Shown one piece after another: positions 1-12,122 of a stretch of 63,308 bases of DNA; within the stretch, counting starts at the first letter, position 1; every line of letters begins with the position of its first letter. The position numbers and the translations under genes are program-made. The notes beneath the pieces were generated by a model. That model saw only the letters and a program-made list of their open reading frames with translations, did no database searches and was not told the origin of the DNA. The stretch is from Cyanophora paradoxa CCMP329 (taxonomy: Eukaryota > Plantae > Glaucophyta): the NCBI GenBank assembly GCA_004431415.1, contig QPMI01000357.1, positions 1-63,308 of the forward strand. Direction: 5' to 3'.

Positions 1-1979
1 GGGTCCGATCCGAGCCCCTCGAGCTTGCAGAACTGCGCGGCCGGAGTCGGGCCAGAAGGAGGAGAGGGGCGGGGCGGGGCGCGGGGGTACCAGGACGGAG
101 GCGAGGCGGAACTCGGAGAGGGCGGCGGTGGGGTCGAAGACGGCCGGCACGCCCGCCGACCACCCCTTGATGTCCTCCAGCCGCGCCCGCACGCTGCGCC
201 CCGGCCGCCCGTCATCCAGCGGACTAGCGCAGGCAGACCAGAGGGCGTAGCAGGCGCGGCAGGGCGCCAGGCAGCTGGCGCAGGCCTGCTAGCGCACGCA
301 TCCCCGGACGGCGTTCACCTGTAGGGGACGTAGAGCGCCACGGCGTCCTCCTCCTCGGGCTCGAGCTCCGGGGCGGCGGGGGCGGCCGCCTCGGCGCGCA
401 GCATCCTCGCGGCAAGCTTCTCGAGGGCGGGGCGGGCGGCGGCGGGGACGACGACGGGGCCGACGGGGAGGGCGCTGGGCGGGGCGGCGGCGTCGGGGTG
501 CGAGGCGCGGGAGCGGCCGAGGCCGAGCCCCAGGAGGCCGCCCACGGCCGAGCCCCGCGGGCGGCGCGGGGCCTGCACCTCGCCGGCCTCGCTCGGGGCG
601 GCCTCGCGGGCCGGGGTGTCGCAGGGGGCGAGGCCGGCGGGTCCGGGGGCGCGGAGGGCGCAGGGGGGCAGCCAGCGGAGGGCGGACTGGCAGGCGGCGA
701 CCTCGCCCTTCTTGATGCCGGCGAGCGCCTCCCCGGCCTCCTCGATCCCCGGCCCCGCGATGAAGTGCGCCATCCGCCCCGGCACTGCGCCCCCGCCGTG
801 CGTGAGGGGCGAGGGCCGGTGGGGGGGAGAGCCGGGGGGGGGGTACCCAGGTGGCCCCGCTCGTCGAGGAGGGCGCTCTCGAGGTGCCCCCCCGCCGTGG
901 CGCCCCGATCCCCACGAAGTATTCCGCGAACTCTCCGGCTGCCCGGGGGTTGGAGGGGCGGGGGGGGGGGGGGGGGGGGGGGCGGGGGGCAAAAGGGGGG
1001 TACCGGCGACGGCGACGCGGAGCTTCATGTCCTTGCCGATGCCGACGCACACGGACGAGAAGACGTCTGCGGGGAGACGGACGAGAGGACGTCAGAGCCG
1101 AGTACCCCGGGGCGCCCTCGAGGCCCGCGCACCCTGGACGTGGAGCGCGCACTGGAGGGCGAGGGCGCAGCGGCGCGCCATCCTGTCCCGCAGCAGCGCC
1201 GCCGCCCCCGGGGCCCGGCCTCCGGGGCCGCTCGGCCGCGGCGAGGGCGCCGGGGCCGCAGGCGGGGCGGGGCGCGGCGAGCTCGGCGGAGGAGCGGCGG
1301 GAGGGGCCGACGTGCGCCTCCTCGTGGCCCTCGGCGCCCTCGGGGCGCGCCACCGGCCAGAAGACCAGCAGGCCGTCCCCCACTGCCCCCCGCAGCGCAG
1401 GCGGGGCTGCGTGAGGCCAGGGCCGGGCCCCCGGGAAGGCGCGCAGGGCTGCGGGGGCGCACGGAAGGAGAGGACGTCGCCCCCGTAGTGCTCAGCCAGC
1501 TCCACCCTGCCGCCCCGTGAGGCCCGCGTGCCCTGCCGCGCGCCCCCCCGGCCCCGTCCCGCCCCCCGCTCACTCCTTCGAGAAGGCCCCGTTCACGACG
1601 CGGCAGAGCTCTGCGGGCGGTGCTCAGGCGGGGCGGGGCGGGCGCGGGGCGGCGGGCCGGCGCACCCTCGATGAGCTGCTCGTTCTCAGAGGCCGTTTCA
1701 CACAGCGCTGCGCGCCGGGCCCCGGGCGGGGCCGCGTCAGCCGCCCGTGCGCCTGTGTGGCGGGCCCATGGGGGAGGGGCCGCACTCGAGAAGCCAGAGA
1801 TATCCAAAATGGCAATTACTCCCGGGACGGTCTGCACGATGGGCTGCGGGGGCCTCTGGCTTATCGCGGAGGGCCGGGCGGAGGACCCGGAGGCCGAATG
1901 CCGCCGCCCCTCCTCATGCGCGCCGCCGAGCTTGTCCGGGCCCTTCGGCCTCCCGGAGATGATGTGGTTCAGCACACGG
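1..1979 (-). CDS. Class III nucleotidyl cyclase, soluble adenylyl cyclase (ADCY10)-like; spliced, first exon(s) unresolved, continues past left edge
   Basis: Joined exons read VIAILDISGFS|TLCE...ELCRVVNGAFSKEVELAEHYGGDVLSF|LGDGLLVFWP...GRMAHFIAGPGIEEAGEALAGIKKGEVAA. This matches the DISGF and GGDxxxFxGD metal-binding motifs of the first sAC-type cyclase domain. Confidence 0.75.
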
Positions 1980-2372
1980 CTACAGGCACGGACGCAGCGT
2001 CAGGATCCCGGACGTCGACGGGCCCACGGAACTCGGGCGGCGGGCGAGGTCGCACTTCGAGACAAAGCGGCGAGCTATGTCCATTCGTTAGCGTCTTATT
2101 CCAGCTATGCAAATCCGCCACCTGCAAAGCGTCTTCGTGAGCTGCGAGGACAGAGAGGACGCCGCGGGCGGGTCTAATGTTGAGGTCTGAGGTCTGAGTT
2201 TTAGATTAGCCTCACGCCGGCAGCACCAATATCCGCACATGCAGGAGGCTGGCGGCGGGAAGCCATGATCTCCTCCCGTCTGGTCGATCACAGATCCGGA
2301 GGCTCAGGCTAGGCTGTTCCGTCCGGGCTCGTCAATCGCATGCGCAAGCAAGTGTCGAAGAAGCAATGCTAG

Positions 2373-2405
2373 CTGTTTTGGATCGCCCTGTTTTGGATCG
2401 CCCTG
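2373..2405. repeat. 15-bp tandem duplication (CTGTTTTGGATCGCC)x2
   Basis: Read directly in the intergenic spacer. Confidence 0.9.
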
Positions 2406-3311
2406 CTGCTTGCAGACCGATCGATCGATCGCTGCAACGATAGTTAGCTAGCCGCTGAGCGGGTCTCTTCCGGCACCCGTATACGCGTACGTGCGCTAGA
2501 TCTAGAGCAGCTAGTAGATCCTATGCATCTGCAGCAGCACGTGCGCGCGGGGCCGCTGCAGCAGCTGCAGCTGCTGATGCTAGCGCGCCTGCTAGCTGGG
2601 CAAGATCTACCCCTGTACCCAGGCCCCAAGTAGACGCAGTGATTCACGAGCGCTCGACCGTTGCGATTGGATCGTGGGTCCGCGAGTCCGCGACGGTCGA
2701 AAACTTGCGAACAATGCGAAGAAAGGATACGATCTTGTACGAGTAACCAGTGGATTTCGCAGAATTTCGGGCCTTGCAAAATTGGGCCCTTGGCCCGCCG
2801 CCGCCCGTGGATCGAGGGATTCGAGGCTAGAAGTAAGGACCTTCGCCGCAAATTGCCCGCAATTGCAATCGCCATGGCCAGTTTCGCAACTTCGCGCTAA
2901 TTATAAGGCCTAGGACTTCCGAAGTTCAGGGCCCAGACTCTGAGATTCAGCAGGCCCTCACTGCCCCTCAGCCTGGGGCCTGGGCCTCATGCCCTCAGGG
3001 CCTACTAGTAGCTCAGGGACTTCGAGATCAGGGTAGCTCCTGTATAGCTATGGTTCAGCTGCAGTGGCGCCGGCAGCACTGTCAGGCTGGCAGAAGAGTG
3101 CACGCGCCCGCAGAGCTCGAGGGCCTGCAAATTGGCTGCAATGTTTCGCCAAGCCGCTGAGCGCTTCTGAAGTTCAAAAAAGAGGGGCTCCACCCAACGC
3201 ACACAAGCTCTAGCTCGGCGTGGGGCACCCGCGTACACGACTTGGCGAGCCTCCGGATCCCAGCGCGGGGCGGCCGCCTGCGCACGCAGGTTCCGGGGGG
3301 CTCGGGGCGGC

Positions 3312-4807
3312 CTAATCGAGGGCCTCCTGGAAGGAGTAGGCGGCCGGCTCGACCTCCAGGTGCTTCTGGAGCAGGTCGTAGTGGTTGGAGCCTGTGGCGC
3401 CGGCGCCCGGCCCGGGTCATCCCCGATCCGAGCTCGCGCCTCGCGCATCGCGCCCCCCCCTCCCCCGCGCGCGGGGCGGGCCTTACCGTTGTAGAGGATG
3501 CGGATGATGGGCGCGTTCTCGTACTGCACGCCTGGGGCGCCGCGCCCCGTCGGGCTCCAGGCGGAGGGGGGCGCGGGCACCCCGCGAGACGCGCACCGTA
3601 CTGCTGGATGTTGATGAACTCCCCGATGGGCGCGCTCTGCGGCGAGGGCGCTCCCGTCGGCCCAAGGCGAGCACGCAAGGGGCACGAGGGCGGCGGGTGC
3701 GCGAACCTCTTGGATGTAGACGTAGATCTGTTTCTTAAGGAGGTCCGCCAGCACGATCAACTCCGGCTCCCCTGCAAGGCCGGGCGGGCGGCGCGGTGGG
3801 CGGGGGTACATGCAGAGGGGGAGGGGAGGAGCATCGCGGGCACCTCCCCAATACGAGGGGTTGCGCAGGCGGTAGATGTACTTGTCGAAGGGTTCCTCAA
3901 TCACCTGCCGCCCGCGTCGCGCAGGGAAGGGAGGGGGGGAAGGGGAAGGGGGTACCCGGTACTTCTCGAAGACCTTGCGGTAGCGGGGCATGCGGTCGGC
4001 GACCTCGCGGCGGAGGCGGTCCGCCTCGCGCGTCTCGTCGATGCTCCTCCCCTCCTGCGGCCGCCTCGCGCTCGCCCGAGGCGCGGCGGGGCGGGCGGGG
4101 CGATGGCGGCGCACGGCCTGGGCGGCGCCCTGCGCGATGGCGCGGAACATGCAGCGCCCGTCGCCCCGCATCCGCTTCACGCGGTACGCAAAGCACGGCT
4201 CCCGCGCCGGCCCCTCCACGTGCTTCGCTAGCACCTGCGCGGGCGCCTCCTCAGCCGCCCTCGCGAGGCAACCGGATGCAGGGCTTCGCAGCTCGCGCGC
4301 ACCACGTCGAAGTAGTCGTCAGCGATCGCCTCTCTGCTCTGGACAGTGCCGGCGATCGCTTTGAGGACGGCGCCGACCACAGCTAGGAGCACGGCGCCGA
4401 CAAGGCCCGCCGGAAGGGACAGCGATCCCGGCTGAACCGCGCAGCGCGGCGTTGACCGCGCTCCGACGAATCGCTGCTTCCGCGGAAGATAGTTGAAGCT
4501 GGGCAAGGCGGTGTTCGACCTAACGGGGGCTGCGGATGCCCACGCGATATTGTTCGCCCACTCGGGCTTGCGTGCCACTGCGAGGCGGGTTCAGATCGGG
4601 GGCGATCTGAAGGGGGGTGGTCATGGGCCGGCGCTGGGGCCAAGATAGCGAACCGATCGGAGACGATCGAGATGAAGAGCTGCCTCCGACTCGCTGCTGC
4701 TGTTTCTGCTGCAGGAACGGCAGCTTGAAAGCGATCAGGAGCTCGCGCGCTACCGCCCCCAGCTGCAGATCGACGTGTGGGTGACCTTTGGTCCGTCTGG
4801 AATCCAT
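3312..4807 (-). CDS. OTU-family deubiquitinase (cysteine protease) with an N-terminal hydrophobic segment; spliced
   Basis: RMRGDGRCMFRAIA (Asp/Cys loop), SYWGG|EPELIVLADLLKKQIYVY and IRILYNG|SNHYDLL (catalytic His). Stop TAG at 3312-3314. ATG at 4807 joins in phase to the VARKPEW exon; the start is less certain. Confidence 0.88.
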
Positions 4808-4948
4808 TCTGGCGACGTGAAAACGGCCCTAGGCCCCAGCTAGATCGTGCTGAAAGCCAGCCGCCACTGTCTAGACTTCGCGTACCCAGCCAGCCAGAAT
4901 CGAGTTGCTTGGCTGCGCTGCGCGTGGCCTCCTGGCACGTACTTGCAC

Positions 4949-5000
4949 GCAACGAGCAGATTGCGCATCTGTAGCAGCAACGAGCAGATTGCGCATCTGT
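4949..5000. promoter_or_regulatory. 24-bp direct repeat GCAACGAGCAGATTGCGCATCTGT x2 in a divergent promoter
   Basis: Copies at 4949-4972 and 4977-5000 in the 233-bp gap between two divergent ATGs. Each contains the near-palindrome CAGAT-TGCGC-ATCTG. The repeat is seen directly; a regulatory role is inferred. Confidence 0.5.
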
Positions 5001-5040
5001 GCGCAGAAGCGATCGCGTTGGCGTCGCGCGGGGCGACACG

Positions 5041-7403
5041 ATGCTCCAGCAGCGAATTCTGCACTATCTTCGAACGGGCCGCCTGGCGGTAGCGCCGGAG
5101 CGACCTGCGCGAGCCCATGCCAGTTTGCCGTCGCTGCTTCTGTCGTCAGCGAGCGCGGCGCGGCCGGAGGGCGCGAGGTGGACCGGCACCGCTCGTGCAT
5201 TGCTAAGCATGCAGCTCCAGCGTCGTAGCTGCGGCATCGCGTCGCTTCCCCAGCAGTTCCGGTCCAGCGCCGGCCCCACGAACTGGAGGGCCTCCCTCGC
5301 CCGATCACCTGCAGCGCCCGCGTGGTTGCTCAGCCGGCCGGTCACGCGCGTCGGCCGGCGACCTCTCTCGTCGAGCAGCGGCGAACAGCTCCCTGCAGCC
5401 GACCCGCACGCGCCTCCACTGGCGGAGCATCTGGCGGGGCCCGCAGCAGGCAGCGGCGAGGCAGCCGGTGGCGCGGAGGCTGCGCCCTCGCCGGCGGAGA
5501 TTAGCTCAGAGCCGTCACTATCAACTGGCGCGGATGTGCAGCAGCAGCAGCAGCCGGGGCGGCAGCCGAGGCAGTCGCGGCGGCGGGGGAGGAAGAAGGC
5601 AGCGGAGCAGGGGGCGGGGGAGTCAGCGGGGCCGCCGGGACCGGTGCAGCTCGAGAAGATGGCGCGCATCGACAAGGCGGCGGAGGCCTTCGGCTTCAAG
5701 CCGCCCTCCAAGAGGAGAGGGAAGAAGCGCGCGGCAGGGGCGGCAGGGGACGGGGCGACGACGAAGAAGGGCGGGCGGTCGAAGGCGACGGCGGAGGAGC
5801 AGGCGGCCGCGGCCACCGCCGGCGACGCGGTAGCGCAGCAGGCGGCAGCGGTGGAGCAGGCCGGCGCTCCAGCCCCGGGGCTGGCCCTCGAGGCGGGCGT
5901 CCCCGCGGGAGCGGACGCGGCCGGCGGGGCGGCGGAGGCTGAGAAAAAAGAGCGGAAGAAGAGCAAGAAGCAGCGCAAGAGGGAGGAGCAAAGTGCGCTG
6001 CGCGCGTCCCCACCCCGCTCCCTCCCCCTCGCCGCGCCGGGCGGCCGACGCGGGGGGCGGCGGGCAGGGGCGCAGGCGAAGAAGGAGGAGGAGCAGAGGG
6101 TGGCGAGGCGGCACCTCGTCAACATCATGGCGCGCCACCCGTTCGGGATGACCAAGCGCGTGCCGCAGGCCCCCGCGCCCCGCCTCGCCGGCCGGCCGGC
6201 CTGAGGCTCCGCAGGGACGGCGTCGACTCGTTCCTGCGCAAGTTCGACGCCTTCCCGGGCCGCTTCCCCTACGTCCAGTGGGCCGTGCGCCCCGCCCCGC
6301 CCCGACCCCGCGGGGTTTCTCTGAGGCGGCGGGGGCGGCAGGCGCTGCGGACGGCGGAGGACGACCGCCTCAAGGAGGAGCTCATCGCCAAGCGCGCCGA
6401 GCTGCTGCTCAAGCTCATGCCCCCGGGCCGCTTCCGCGACGTGCGCCCCGCCCCGTCCGCGCCGCGCCGCGCCGCGCCCCGACGCCGGGCAGTTCGTGGC
6501 GCGCTTCCCGGTGAAGTTCGTGGACTGCGAGAGGGAGGTCGGCCAGCGCGTCAAGTTCCTCACCCAGTGCGCCCCCGCGCCCCAGCCCGCCCCGCCCGCC
6601 CCGCTCGCCCCGCCCCGGCCCGACGCCGACGCCGGGGGGCGCTGCAGGGAGTGCAAGTTCATCCGGCGGGACATCTTCATGATGCTGAGCCAGCCGAAGG
6701 GCGTGGACTACCTGCTCAAGCTGCGGCGGGAGACGTGGGAGCGGAGCGTGCTCGCCCCGCTCCGCGACTTCGGCTTCAACGCCGACGAGACGCGGCGGCT
6801 CGTGGTCGGGCGCCCCGAGCTGCTGGCCGTGGGGGAGCCGCACTACATCACGGGCCTGGTGGAGACGGCGACGCGCGTCATGCCCTCCCTCCGCACCATC
6901 CTCGCCTCCGCCGACATCACCGACCGCGTCTTCCGCTTCACCTTCTTCCGCAAGGCCCGCCCCGCCCCGCCGCCCCCGCCTCGGCCTCTGACGCCGCCGG
7001 CGCGCAGCTCTTCGACTTCGACTTCCCGAACAACCTGTCGGGGATCATCCAGCAGCTGATGCGGGCGGGGTTCGACCAGGCCGGCGCCGAGGCCTTCATC
7101 CGCGAGTTCCCCGAGATCCTCTACTCCAAGGCCCTCCAGGACCTCAAGCCCAAGATCGACTACCTCGAGGCCCGCCCCGCCCCGCCCCGCCCCGCCCCCC
7201 GCCCCTCACCCCGCCGGCAGGAGAACCTCGGCATCAACGTCCGCAAGCTCGGGCCCATCATGATCGCCAACCACCGCAAGGCGCGCTCGCCCGGGCATCG
7301 TCTCCAGTCCCAGATCCGCGCCCCTGACGCTCCGCGACAGGCGGAGGACTCGCGTTACCCCAACATCGACTACCTCCTCTTCGTTCCCCGCCGCGCCTGG
7401 TGA
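5041..7403 (+). CDS. Organelle-targeted mTERF-like protein; spliced
   Basis: Arg/Ala/Ser-rich N-terminus (MLQQRILHYLRTGRLAV), low-complexity linker, then mTERF-like repeats: GFNADETRRLVVGRPELL and FIREFPEILYSKALQDLKPKIDYLE|ENLGI. Confidence 0.55.
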
Positions 7404-7637
7404 CCTCGCTATCTTGTATCTGAAACGAGAAGTTTCCGCACGTTCGCACGCGCATGCGCAGCGGCACGCTCGCACGCACATCCATGGGGGGCGGGCTCGG
7501 GACGGGGTACAGGCACAGCTCGGAACCCTCTCGAAGCGTGGGTCCGGCGAAGCATTAAAAGCGCTCGTATACCGCACAGACGACAATCTCAGATCCCTGC
7601 GAAGCTCTCGAAGCTAGAAGACAGCGAGTTCTTGTCT

Positions 7638-9130
7638 ATGATGCAGACTTGTTTCAGCGTCGGATCGCCGGCAGTGCCGCGCTCCGCGAGCCTGCACACG
7701 CACGTCACTGCAGGCAATCGGGCGGCAGCGTGCTCGCTGGCCCTCCCGGGCCCGAACATAAGAATCTTCAGCGTCGGCAAGTCGGCGGCCGGCGCGCCGG
7801 AGCAGGCAGATGCGACTTATGGTGTCACCATCCCTCGCACGAGGGGCTTCTTCTTCTCACGCACGCCGTCCGCCTTCCGGGATGCCGATCCCTCTGCCCG
7901 CTTCACCGCTGCACGCGCGGCACGGCCCGGCCGGCGTGCGGTCCCGGCGGTTCCGATCATTTGCATGCAGAGCTCCGGATCGCCTCCGGTGCGTTTACCG
8001 CCTGCGCCCGAGGCCGCCCGCCGCGCGTACGCATGACGGCGCACGTGTCGCAGATGAGCCCGAACGAGTACACGGAGAAGGCGTTCGAGGCGATCCAGCG
8101 GCTGCCGGGCATCGTGCAGTCCGCCGGGCAGCAGATGGTCGAGCCCGAGCACCTCATGCTCTCCCTGCTCGAGCCCGTGCGCCGCGCCCGCCGACCCGTG
8201 GCGCCGGCCGGCCCTCACGCGCGCGCAGGGCGAGATCGGGCTGGCGTGGCGCATCCTCGCGAAGATGGGCCTCAACGTGAACGACGTCAAGGCCTCCACC
8301 TCCCGCTACATCGCGAAGCAGCCGAAGGTCTCGGGCGCTGCAGCGCAGCCGGTGCGCCGAGGCGCCTCGCGGGGCGCGCGCGACCTCCCTCCCCGCGCCG
8401 AAGCCGACCAACGCCGCGCGGGGGCGCAGTCGCTGGGGCGGGGCCTGGCGTCGCTGCTGGAGCGGGCGGGGCGGGCGAAGGCGACCTTCAAGGACGAGTT
8501 CATCTCGGTGGAGCACCTGCTGCTGGCCTTTGGCGAGGACGAGCGCTTCGGGCGGGCGCTCTGGCGCGAGTTCGGCATCACCGAGGCCCGCATGCGGCAG
8601 GCCGTCGACGAGGTCCGCGGCAACCAGCGCGTCACCGACCAGAACCCCGAGGGCAAGTACGAGGTGCTCGAGAAGTACGGGCGCGACCTCACCAAGGCCG
8701 CCCGCGAGGGCAAGCTCGACCCCGTGCGCGCCCCGGCCCCGGCCCCCCGCCGCCTCCTCTCCCCTCCCTCCTGACGCGCGGGCCGGCAGGTGATCGGGCG
8801 CGACGACGAGATCCGGCGCGTGATCCAGATCCTCTCGCGCCGCACGAAGAACAACCCCGTGCTCATCGGGGAGCCCGGGGTCGGCAAGACGGCGATCGCG
8901 GAGGGCCTGGCGCAGCGCATCGTGAACGGGGACGTGCCGCAGAGCCTCAAGGACCGGCAGCTCATCACCCTCGACATGGGCGCCCTCATCGCCGGCGCCA
9001 AGTACCGCGGCGAGTTCGAGGAGCGCTTCAAGGTGCCCCCGCCCCGCCCCTCTTCGCTTTCTCCTCGCGGGGCGCTGACGCGTGCGGGCGGGGCAGGCCG
9101 TGCTGAAGGAGGTGCAGGAGTCGGCGGGGC

Positions 9131-9162
<32 letters not shown>

Positions 9163-11832
9163 GTGGTGGGCGCCGGCGGGGGCGGCGAGGGCGGCGCCAT
9201 GGACGCCGGCAACCTCCTCAAGCCGGCCCTCGCCCGCGGCGAGCTCCGCTGCATCGGTGCCCGCCCCCGCCGCGCCCCCCCGCCGGCCCCGCGGCGGCTG
9301 AGGGGGCGGGGCAGGGGCGACGACGCTGGACGAGTACCGGAAGTACATCGAGAAGGACGCGGCGCTAGAGCGGCGCTTCCAGCAGGTCTACGCGGGGGAG
9401 CCCGACGTCCAGGACACGATCTCCATCCTCCGCGGCCTCAAGGAGCGCTACGAGGTGCGCGCGGCGCGGCGCGGCGGGGCCGGCGGCGGGCGGCCCCCGA
9501 CGGGGCGGGCGGGGGCAGGTGCACCACGGGGTGCGGATCTCGGACGCGGCGCTGATCGCGGCGGCGACGCTCTCGAACCGGTACATCGCCGACCGCTTCC
9601 TCCCCGACAAGGCCATCGACCTCGTCGACGAGGCGGCCGCCAAGCTCAAGATGGAGATCACGAGCAAGCCGGCCGCCCTCGACGAGGTCGACCGCCGCCT
9701 CATGCAGCTCGAGATGGAGCGCCTCTCCCTCAAGAAGGAGACCGGCGCGCGCCCGCCCCGCCCCCTCCCGCAGAACGTCCTCGCGCACTCTGACGGGCGG
9801 GCGGGCGGGGCGCAGACAAGGCGTCGCAGGAGCGGCTGGAGGCGCTGGGGCGGGAGATCGACGAGGTGAAGGGGCAGCAGTCCGGGCTGGTGGCGCAGTG
9901 GGCGAGCGAGAAGGGCGTGATCGAGGGGATCTCGTCCCTGAAGGAGCAGATCGACGCGCTAAAGCTCGAGGTGGAGCAGGCGGAGCGCGACTACGACCTC
10001 AACCGCGCCGCCGAGCTCAAGTACTCCCGCCTCCCCGACCTCCAGCGGTGCGCCCCCGAGCCCCGCCGGGTGTAGACGAGCGGCGCGCCGAGGCGGGGCG
10101 GGGCGCGCGCAGGCAGCTGGAGGAGGCGGAGCGGACGCTGGAGTCGGGGAGCGGGCGCTCGATGCTCCGCGAGGAGGTCACCGAGCAGGGTGCGCCGCCC
10201 TCCCCGGAGGGACGCGAGCCCGCCCGGGCCGGCCCGGCGCGACGCGGTTCGGCGCAGACATCGCGGAGATCATCTCGAAGTGGACGGGGATCCCGATCAC
10301 GAAGCTGGTGGAGTCGGAGAAGGAGAAGCTGCTGAACCTCGCGGCCGTCCTCCACGAGCGGGTGATCGGGCAGGACGAGGCGGTGGACCTCGTCGCGGAG
10401 GCGATCCAGCGCTCGCGGGCCGGCCTCTCGGACCCCAACAAGCCCATCGCGAGCTTCCTCTTCCTCGGGCCCACGGGGGTCGGCAAGACCGAGCTCGCCA
10501 AGGCCCTCGCCTCCTACCTCTTCGACACCGAGGAGGCCATCGTCCGCGCCCCGCCCTCCGGCTCCCCGGCGCGGCCCCTCCCCGGCGCCGATGCTTTCGC
10601 GCGCGGCGGCAGGTGCGGATCGACATGTCGGAGTACATGGAGAAGCACAGCGTGTCGCGCCTGATCGGGGCGCCCCCGGGCTACGTCGGCTACGACGAGG
10701 GCGGGCAGCTGACCGAGGCCGTACGCCGCCGCCCCTACAGCGTCATCCTCCTCGACGAGATGGAGAAGGCGCGCGGGGCCGGCCGCGCGGGGCCGGGCGG
10801 GGCGGGCGGCTGGGCTGACGGGCTCCGGGGGCCGCAGGCGGCGCCGGACGTCTTCAACATCCTCCTCCAGGTCCTCGACGACGGCCGCCTCACCGACTCC
10901 CAGGCCCGCCCCGCGCCCCCGCCCCAGCCGCCGCCGCCCTCACGCCCCGCGCGCCCCGCAGGGTCGCACCGTGGACTTCAAGAACGCGATCATCATCATG
11001 ACGAGCAACGTGGGTGCCCAGTACATCATGGACATCGCCGGCAAGGCGCGCCCGCCCCGGCCCCCGCCGCGCGCCTCGCCCCGGCGCCGCGGGGGCTGAG
11101 GCGGGGCGGGCAGTCGGTGGCCGGGGGCGGGGCCGAGGACGTGGCGGCGTACGCGGAGATGCGGCAGCGCGTGGTGGAGTCGATGCGCGCCCAGTTCCGC
11201 CCCGAGTTCCTCAACCGCATCGACGAGGCCCGCCCCGCCCCGCCCCGCCCCGCCTGTTCTTCTTGCTCTGAGGCGCGGGGCGCAGTACGTGATCTTCCAC
11301 GCGCTCGACAAGGAGCAGCTGCGCGGCATCGTCCGCATCCAGGCGCGCCGCCCCGCCGCCCGCCCCGGGGCCCGGCTGGAGCTGACGGGGCGGGGCAGGT
11401 GGAGCGGGTGGCGGAGCGGCTGCGGGAGCGGAAGATCGCGCTGCGCATCTCGGACGCGGCGCTCGACTTCCTCACGGAGGTCGGCTTCGAGCCGATGTAC
11501 GGCGCGCGGCCCCTCAAGCGCGCCATCCAGCGCCACGTCGAGAACCCCGTGCGCCGCCCCCGGCCCCGGCCCGGGGCCGGGCGCGAGGGGGCCTCACGGG
11601 GGGGCGGGGCCAGGTGTCGAAGGCGATCATCCGGGGGGACGTGGCGGACGGGGACACCGTCTTCGTCGACTCCAGCGGCGACCACATCGAGGTCAAGGTC
11701 CGCCCCCGCCGCCCCGGCCCCGCGCCCCGCCCCTCGCCCCGCCCCCCGCCCCCCGCCCCTCTGACCTCGGCCGGTCGCCCCGCCCCCCCGCAGCGCCTCC
11801 CCTCCTCCGACTTCGCCACGCCGGCCGCGTGA
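7638..11832 (+). CDS. clpB: ClpB/Hsp100 disaggregase with plastid-type transit peptide; 19 exons, 18 introns
   Basis: KLDP|[49 protein letters not shown], long ClpB middle domain ([19 protein letters not shown]), [54 protein letters not shown] and [11 protein letters not shown]. All 18 introns restore the frame. Confidence 0.97.
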
Positions 11833-12122
11833 TAGGACACCGTCCTCGGCTCCCCCGCCCTCTCCATCCGCCCCCGCCCTCCCCTGCCCCTCGCGAAGAT
11901 CCCTCCCCCCCGAGGTCCTCTTTCCCGGCGCCGCCCTCGAAAGTTTTGTGTGAATAGAGGGCCCCGCCTTGCCGCGCACGAGCCGAGACCCTCTGACCGA
12001 CGCGGGTTACTTTCACGCTCTAAACAAACTACCACGAAACAAAGAACAAGTCTTGCAAGAAATGAAGAGTGGGCGGCATCGCAGCAAAGCAAGAAGGGGC
12101 GAGGGCCCCAGCTACGGCTAGG

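Noticed and set aside
7638-11832. Bacterial contig or operon interpretation of the clp genes
   Set aside because: The genes have spliceosomal introns and presequences, and their neighbours (IRE1, SMYD) are eukaryote-specific.
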